A DNA stretch of 64,000 nt, taken from positions 25,420,001 through 25,484,000 of the forward strand of contig OZ024762.1 of assembly GCA_964016885.1 (NCBI GenBank), given 5' to 3'. The DNA is from Eledone cirrhosa (taxonomy: Eukaryota). Positions 56,629 to 64,000 of this stretch are shown one piece after another. How positions within the stretch are numbered: the first letter of the stretch is position 1; each line of letters opens with the position of its first letter. Both the position numbers and the translations under genes were made by a program. Under the pieces are notes generated by a model that had not been told where the DNA came from, ran no database searches, and saw only the letters and a list, made by a program, of their open reading frames with translations.

Positions 56629-56897
56629 TATATATATATATATATATATATAAAATTTGCTCCGAAAAAACTACCCGTGCCCGAAGGAATCTGCAGCCGT
56701 AGAATCAGCCAGATCCATACAGGGGTCATGTCTAGAGCTACCTGCTGGCGAAACAATTGTAACACGCAATAAATTAAGTCCAGATGCATCACTGATTTTT
56801 CGTTTTCTTTATACTATCTACACTCTACTCTGCTGCTCATTGAGTGCTAATTTTGGCATGCCGCCTATGGAAGCACCATAGCTACCATTATACACAA

Positions 56898-56957
<60 letters not shown>

Positions 56958-56961
<4 letters not shown>

Positions 56962-58015
56962 TACAATAACAGAGAAAGCTTTACGCTAAACTCCAACTGG
57001 TAACCATCTCACTCAACAAACATTAGGTTATACGTTAGTATAAACCCAATTTAGTGTCTGGGGTGCTAACTATATGTATTTTGGGGAAAGCCAGTTGTAT
57101 TATTTTATATGAGATATAATTAAAATTAAAATATATCTCTCTTTCCAAACAATTGTTTCATTATAAGTATTCTACAAGTTTGGAGAATATTTCCAGTTTA
57201 TGTAGAAGCCTAATGTATTTTCATCTAAGAACACAATTAGGTGGGCACTTATAAATCGTCAGTGGAAGCCCATTAAACTTTGATATAAGAAAAATTTCTT
57301 ACCGCAGTTAATTTTCGTGTCTGCTAATTTGTCCCTTCACGCATCGAATGACCGCCAAATTTGAAATTCCAGCAGTCTTTTGACTGAGGAAGTATCATAG
57401 CGTCATGAAGCGGGAAAGGGAGACAATCACGAGTCACGAGAAAAGAAAAATAATATACACGTGGGTTAATTAGTTTTTTCAAAAACATTATTAATCTTTC
57501 GTGTTAAGAACTCAATTAATTTTAAAAAAATAAATGTATGCGTGTATTAATTACACACGCATATAGATATTTTCTTAGGCTAAAAACAGAGAAGTGATAC
57601 CTGAATAACGAACAATATCTCACAACTGTAACAAATACGGAAAGTTACGCCTTAAAAGACATTTGGGAATGTAAATCTCTGGCCAAATTAAGAGTAAAAT
57701 ATTTAATACACGCGGGTTAATTAGTTATTTCAAAACCAATATCAATTCCTCGTGTTAAGAACTCAATTAACTTAAAAAAATAAATGTATGCATGTAATTA
57801 TTTACACACGCATATAGATATTTTCTTAGGCTAAAAACAGAGAAGTGATAACCAAAAAACGAACAATATCTCATAACAGCAAGAAATACGGAAAGTCATG
57901 TGTATAAGGTACCTGGAAATAAAAATCTCTGGCCAAATCAAGAGTAAAATATTAATACAATAACAGAGAAAGCTTTACGCTAAACTCCGACTGGTAACCA
58001 TCTCACTCAACAAAC
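56958..58015. mobile_element. ~1.06 kb element with ~65 bp direct terminal repeats and an internal ~250 bp tandem duplication, embedded in (TA)n
   Basis: ttaatacaataacagagaaagctttacgctaaactcc.actggtaaccatctcactcaacaaaca occurs at both ends; 57455-57705 resembles 57706-57952. Confidence 0.7.
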
Positions 58016-58193
58016 ATATATATATATATATATATATATATGCGTGTGTGTGTATTTGTTACCAAGTAACTTACTTTTTTGTTACCTTCATCTTACAGTC
58101 CATGTTGCATTGTTTAGACTTATACCTTTCCACATTCTATATTATATACATTTTATTATATATATATATATGTATATGACATAGAATGTCATA

Positions 58194-58224
<31 letters not shown>

Positions 58225-58289
58225 TACACAGAGGGATAGACATATGTGGGCATTTGCGTATGTCTATGGATGTATTTTATAAACGGGAA

Positions 58290-58590
58290 AGTTGAACTCA
58301 GACCTGAACTGTTTTGTTCAAGGACACAACACAGAGCCCAGTCCAGGAATCGAACACACGACATTATGATCGCATGTTTAAGACACTTACCACTAGGCCA
58401 CGCTAAACTCCCCTCGGGAGAAGACGCCAGTCCATCGCTTGATTAAACTCGTAGCTTTTGCTGGTACTCATTTTCAGCTGCGTATAAAACACAACATGGA
58501 GTAAAACACAACATACCATCCCGTCCAGGAATCGAACCCATGACATTATAATCGTAGGTCTAATACACTTAACACTAGGCCACGTGCCTC
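58290..58590 (-). mobile_element. Two SINE family 2 copies
   Basis: tRNA-like heads (gtggcctagtg.taagtgt...gttcgattcctggac) end at ~58403 and ~58590. Confidence 0.8.
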
Positions 58591-58639
58591 TGGGCAGTAC
58601 TTGAACCGTATTTTATTTCATAGATCTTGGTATGATAAT

Positions 58640-58790
58640 TGACCTCAGTACTAGACTGATACTTTTATATCGACCTTGAAATGATGAAAGGCAAATTTGA
58701 CCTAGGTGGGATTTGAACTCAGAACGTAAATAGCAAGAAGAAATACTACAAATAAGCATTTGTCCGATGCTCTACCGATTCTGCTAATCT
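58640..58790 (-). mobile_element. SINE family 1-related, diverged
   Basis: gatgaaaggcaaa.ttgacct.ggtgggatttgaactcaga. Confidence 0.8.
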
Positions 58791-58823
58791 ACAATTGTCG
58801 TGGAAGGGTGTAAAATAAAAGTT

Positions 58824-59340
58824 GAGGCGCGTGGCTTAATGGTAAGGCTGTTGGACTTACGATCATAATGTTGTCTGTTGGATTACTGGGCTAGGTTGCG
58901 TGTTGCGTTCTTGGACAAAACACTTCATTTCACGTCGCTCCCGTATACTCAGCTGAAAATGAGTACCAGCAATAGCTGGGGATTTAACCTTGCGATGGAC
59001 TGGCGTCCTTTCCAGGTAGAAGTCTCGCACTCACAATAGCTTCACGCCATCAACCCAGGATAAGCAGCGGCCTGTTGAGCCTCAGGGCTTAAAACAGACT
59101 TTAACCCTACGATGGACTGGTGTGCTGTCCAGGAGGGAGTCTTGTACTCTCAGACGCTTCACGCCATGAAACATGGACAAACACTGGCCTTATGAGCCTC
59201 CTCCGGGTGCGAAACCGACTTTAACACTGCGGTGGACTGGTGTCCTCTCCAGGAGGGGGTCTTATACTCTCAGTCGCTTCACAACATGAGACGAGGATAA
59301 GCTCCAGCCTAACAAGCCTTCTGGCTTAAGACAGACTTTG
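58824..59340 (+). mobile_element. SINE family 2 with a triplicated ~120 bp 3' module
   Basis: Head gaggcgcgtggcttaatggtaagg. Modules start at 58984, 59101 and 59221 (ttaac....g.tggactgg.gt...tccagg). Confidence 0.8.
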
Positions 59341-59359
59341 TAGTATAAAAACTGTTTAT

Positions 59360-59370
59360 CAAAATGGCGG
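59360..59370 (+). promoter_or_regulatory. YY1-type motif CAAAATGGCGG
   Basis: Match to consensus only. Confidence 0.35.
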
Positions 59371-60413
59371 ATTCCAGAAATCCAGAATGGAAGAATTAGT
59401 ATTCCTGAAAGGAAAGTCGGTAACGTTTAACGTATTAAATCGTATGTGTGTGTGTGTGTGTGTGTGCGTGCGTCTGTTTATATGTGTATATAAATGTTTA
59501 TGTTTGTGTGTGTATATATGTATGCCTGTTTATGTGTGCTTATGTGTATGTGTTCGTGTGTGTATATGTGTATTCCTGAGTGTGTATGTGTGTGTATATG
59601 TGTTTGTGTTAGTGTATATATATATATATATATGTTTACGTCTGTTTGTCTGTTAGTATGTGTATATTTGTATCTGTGTATATATGTATGTCTACCTCTG
59701 TGTCTATATAAGTGTTTGAGTTTGTGTGTGTGTATGTGTATGGCTGTGAGCGTGTATATATGTTTATGTCTGAGTGTGTATATGCGTATCTCTGCCTCTG
59801 TGTATATAAGTGTTTGTGTGTATACGTGTATGTCTGTGAGCGTTCATGTATGTTTATGTGTGTGTGTACATGTTTATGTGTGTATGTCAAATAGATTGTG
59901 TATGTATATATGTGTGTGTATATGTGTATGTATACCTCTGTATTTATATAAGTGTTTGTGTATGTGTGTGTATATGTATGCCTCTGTGCGTGTATATATG
60001 TTTATATTTGTCTGTGTATATGTGTATGTCAGTTAGATTGTGCATGTATGTCTCTGTGTGTGAGTATATATGTGTATGTTTACCTCTGTGCGTGTATATA
60101 TGTTTATCTTTGTTTGTGTACATGCGTATGCCTGTTAGATTGTGTATGTATGTATATGTGTATGTCTGTGCGTGTGTATATGTTTATGTTCGTGTGTGTA
60201 CATGTGTATGCCTGTTAGATTGTGCATATATGTATATTATGTGTGTATTTACATGTTTGTGTTTGTGTGTAATGAAATTAAGTCAAACAGGTATAAGTAT
60301 TCCCGTCGTTTATATCTACATTTACATACCTATCAAAACTGTCAATAGTTGACAGATTCGTTCTCTTGTGCCGGATTACAGACACTAACCAAATACGATG
60401 GTAACCAGATTTA

Positions 60414-60502
60414 TGATTGGCTGCCTTGTCGGTTGATCTCTTTATTTAGTTATTTATATTGTGTTTCTTTTCTTCCCATTAGTGATAGCGTCCGCCATCT
60501 TG
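60414..60502 (-). promoter_or_regulatory. CCAAT box (CAGCCAATCA) and YY1 motif (CAAGATGGCGG) in unique sequence
   Basis: tgattggctg at 60414-60423 and ccgccatcttg at 60492-60502. Confidence 0.4.
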
Positions 60503-60529
60503 TGATCATGTGATGACAGCCGATATCAA

Positions 60530-61040
60530 CATGACCTACCCAACATCAACATCACTCACCCATCTACCATCAATGCCAGCTACCATCAACACCACCTACC
60601 CTCAATAGCATCCATCCACCATCACCATCAGTCACCCACCATCAATACCATCTACACAGCTAGCATTAACACAAACCAGCAACCCTCAACAGCACCAACC
60701 CGCCATCAACACCCACTCCCACTATCACAATCACTCACCCACCATCACCATCATCATTACCATTACTCACCCACCATCAACACCATTAACAGCACTCATC
60801 CACCAACACCATCACTCATCCACCATCACCATCACTCATCCTCCAACACCATCACCATCACTCATCCACCATCACCATTACTCGCCCACCATCAATACCA
60901 TCTACACAGCTATCATTAACACAAACCAGCCACCATCAACATCACCCTCCATCCGTCAACCCTCTCCACCACTACCCCCCCCCCCATCAATATCCACCCG
61001 CCCAACATCAATCCCCTCACCAACCCTCACCATCACAATA
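60530..61040. repeat. C/A-rich low-complexity tract (caccatca)
   Basis: Direct inspection. Confidence 0.85.
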
Positions 61041-61074
61041 GCACAGTGGTCGATGCTTCATCTCGATCACTTAC

Positions 61075-61133
61075 CCTCCTTCTCTGGAAGAAATCGCCTG
61101 TGTTCAGACTTGTAGAGGGACGGCCTCCACCAT
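61075..61133 (-). other. Candidate 59-nt spliced exon
   Basis: Donor AGG|GTAAGT and acceptor tttgacattttaaAG. GC-richer than the flanks, with two open frames. Confidence 0.35.
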
Positions 61134-61289
61134 CTTTAAAATGTCAAAGACAAATTGTATGACAAGATGGCGTCCCTACCACTCCACAAGGAGTTCATCC
61201 CTCTCCAGGGCTCAGTACAACAGATTTCTTCCAGAGAAAGATAGAATGTGACAGAGAGCAAGGAAACGAGAAGGAGATATAGAGGAAGA

Positions 61290-61450
61290 ATCGACCCCAG
61301 TATTAGACTAGTACCTTTTTATATCGACTTCGAAAGGATGAAAAGCAAAGTTGACCTCGGTGGGATTTGACCTCAGAGAGCAGAGAGCCGGAACGAATAC
61401 CGCAAAGCATTCTATCCGATGTTCTAACAACTTTGACAAACTCGCCGCCT
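61290..61450 (-). mobile_element. SINE family 1-related, diverged
   Basis: ggatgaaaagcaaagttgacctcggtgggatttga. Confidence 0.8.
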
Positions 61451-61887
61451 ATAAATATCATGGTAAAATACTACCAACTCCTACTCGATTGAGAATGGAG
61501 GCTCTAGTAGAAGTTTATATCTAGTTATACAAAATTTCCAGTAGTATATATATATATTGCTGCGGTTGTTACTATATCACTTTATATCAGATTAGGAGAA
61601 AACAAAACAAAAAACACCAACATTATCATCGCTATCCACTGAAATATTTTCACAGTACAGTTGTTTATCACCAAAAGCAATCACTAAAATCCATCCTACA
61701 CAATCACCCTACACCACTAGGCCCTCTCCAGCAACCTCCACCGAAAATGGCATCAGGTTTTTATCATGCTGTTGGGACATGTCAAGCAACCGGCATTCAT
61801 TTTCACTGGTTTAGCTGACGAATTAAAATTTCAATCGTCTGACGTGAAGAAAATTCTCAATAGCTGGAAATCAAATCTAAGCCAAGA

Positions 61888-63110
61888 TACCACCACTACC
61901 AACACAACCACTACCACCACTACCAACACAACTACCACCACCACCAATACTATCACTACCATCACTACTACCAATACTACCAACACCACTACCAGCACCA
62001 AAACCACCAGCATTATAACTACCACTACCACCACCACTACCATCACAACCACCACCACCACTACCAACACAACTACCACCACCACCAATACTATCACTAC
62101 CAATACTACCAACACCACTACCAGCACCAAAACCATCAGCATTATCACTACCACTACCACCACCACTACCATCACAAACACCACCACCACTACCATCACC
62201 ACCACCACCACCACCAATACTATCACTACCAATACTACTACCAATACTACCAACACCACTACCAGCACCAAAACGACCAGCATTATAACTACCACTACCA
62301 CCACCACCACTACCATCACCACCACTACCATCACCACCACTACCATCACCACCACTGCCATCACCACAACTACCATCACCACCACTACCATCACTACCAC
62401 TAACATCACCATCACTACCACCACCACTACCATCACCATCACCATCACTACCACTAACATCACCATCACCACCACTACCACTACCATCACCACCACTACC
62501 ATCACCATCACCATCACCATCACTACCAACATCACTACCATCACCACCACCACTATCACCACCATCCCCACCACCACCATCACCACCACTACCGCCACCA
62601 CCACTACCATCACCATCACCATCACTACCACTAACATCACCATCACTACCACCACCACTACCATCACCATCACCATCACTACCAACATCACTACCATCAC
62701 CACCACTACCACTACCATCACCACCACTACCATCACTACCACCACCACTACCATCACCACCACCATCACTACCATCACTACCACTAACATCACCATCACT
62801 ACCACCATCACTACCATCACCACCACTAACATCGCCTCCACCATCTCCACCATCACTACCACCATCACTACTATCACCATCACTACCACGATCGCTGCCA
62901 TCACCACCACTACCATCACCACCACCACCATTACCACTATTAACATCACCACCACTACTACCCATCACCCCATCACCCCATCCACCACTACCACCATTAC
63001 CACCACTAACATCACCATCACTACCACCACCACCAATACCACCACTAACATCACCATCACTACCACCACCACCACTACTACACTCAATACCCTCACTATC
63101 CCCACCCCCA
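61888..63110. repeat. (ACC/ACT/ATC)n triplet low-complexity array
   Basis: Direct inspection; triplet phase is kept throughout. Confidence 0.9.
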
Positions 63111-63315
63111 GGAACCCCCCATCCCGCAATTTCCTTGCTTGTAGATTCAATTACGTAACCTCCTTCTCATGTTCACTCTCTCTTGCTCTCTCTTACTCTC
63201 TCTCTCCCTTATCTCTCACTCACTCTCTCTCTTTTTTACTACCTCTTTTACTCTCTCTTTCTCTCTTTCTCACTCTCTCTCTCCCTTCCGTGCCACAAGT
63301 ACTACTGACATAACA

Positions 63316-63334
63316 TCACGTGACGTGACACGTG
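63316..63334. promoter_or_regulatory. Overlapping E-box/CRE-like cluster TCACGTGACGTGACACGTG
   Basis: Two CACGTG and one TGACGT within 19 bp in CpG-poor DNA. Confidence 0.35.
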
Positions 63335-64000
63335 TTCGTGTAATTCTCAATTTGGTATGGTCAAATCTTCGATGGAATTCGGGAAGGGGGAAAAGAAGGA
63401 AGAGAGAAAGAGGAAGGTGGACAACAGAGAGACACGGTGTGCGTGTATGTGTGAAAGAGACATTGTGTGTATGAAAGAGAGTGTGTGTATGTGAGAGAGA
63501 GATAGAGACTGTATATAAGAGAGAAATAGAGAGATAAAGAGAGTGTATATGTGCGAGAGAGAGAGAGAGAGAGTGTGTGTGTATGTGAGAGAGAGAGTGT
63601 GTAAATGTGAGAGAGAGAGAGTGTATGTGTGAGATAGATAGACAGAGTGTATGTGAGTGAGAGAGAGAGATGGTTTATATATAAAGAGAGAGAGAGAGGG
63701 GAGTTATGTGTGAGAGAGAACTGGAGAGAAAGATAGAGAGAGAGAGATATAGAGAGAGATGAAGGGAGATATAGAGATAGATGGAGAGAGATATATATAG
63801 AGAGAGATGGAGAGAAAGATGGAGAGATATATAGGGAGAGATGGATTATATAAAAGGAGAGAGAGTTATGTGTGCGAGAAAGAGAAATTAATTTCTAATC
63901 CAGTAGAATCTCGTTCTTAAAAAAAGGAGCTAAATAAATAAACAAATATAATAAATAACAATAAAAATATTAATAAAACAAATAGACAATAAAAGACACG

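Noticed and set aside
58984-59340. CRISPR-like array (also 26215-26670 and 54400-54985)
   Set aside because: The units are similar along their whole length with no unique spacers, the context is eukaryotic, and there are no cas genes.
61766-63313. 515-aa Thr/Ile-rich ORF
   Set aside because: A triplet low-complexity array running into (CT)n, with no signal peptide or domain; such tracts stay open by default.

Overview
This is AT-rich, microsatellite-saturated animal genomic DNA. The tRNA-headed SINEs, Penelope-like elements and (TA)n/(CA)n/(GA)n density resemble a coleoid cephalopod such as Octopus; that assignment is an inference. No intact conventional protein-coding gene can be proven, and most ORFs in the track are microsatellite artefacts. 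(i) 0.4-19.7 kb and 50-54 kb hold many Penelope-like retroelement (PLE) relics. They include a frameshifted Naiad-type RT+GIY-YIG copy (15.4-17.1 kb), several GIY-YIG tails and about 10 fold-back structures, including a near-perfect 1.4 kb palindrome. At least 5 sequence-unrelated families of type-I hammerhead ribozyme motifs can be folded by eye, some with recurrent non-canonical cores (CAGAAGA, CCGAAGA, CUGUGA, CUGAUCA). (ii) 19.9-22.2 kb is a tandem stack of zinc-finger-tailed LINE derivatives in (TATG)n. (iii) 22.9-48.6 kb contains three giant low-complexity arrays: (TAG)n, (CACCA)n, and a 15.5 kb triplet-phased array reading TTTIQPPTTP on the minus strand, with splice-like borders but duplicated frameshifts and internal stops. 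(iv) 54-64 kb contains a degenerate TTAGGG array, SINE clusters, promoter-like YY1/CCAAT/E-box motifs and a possible small minus-strand exon.
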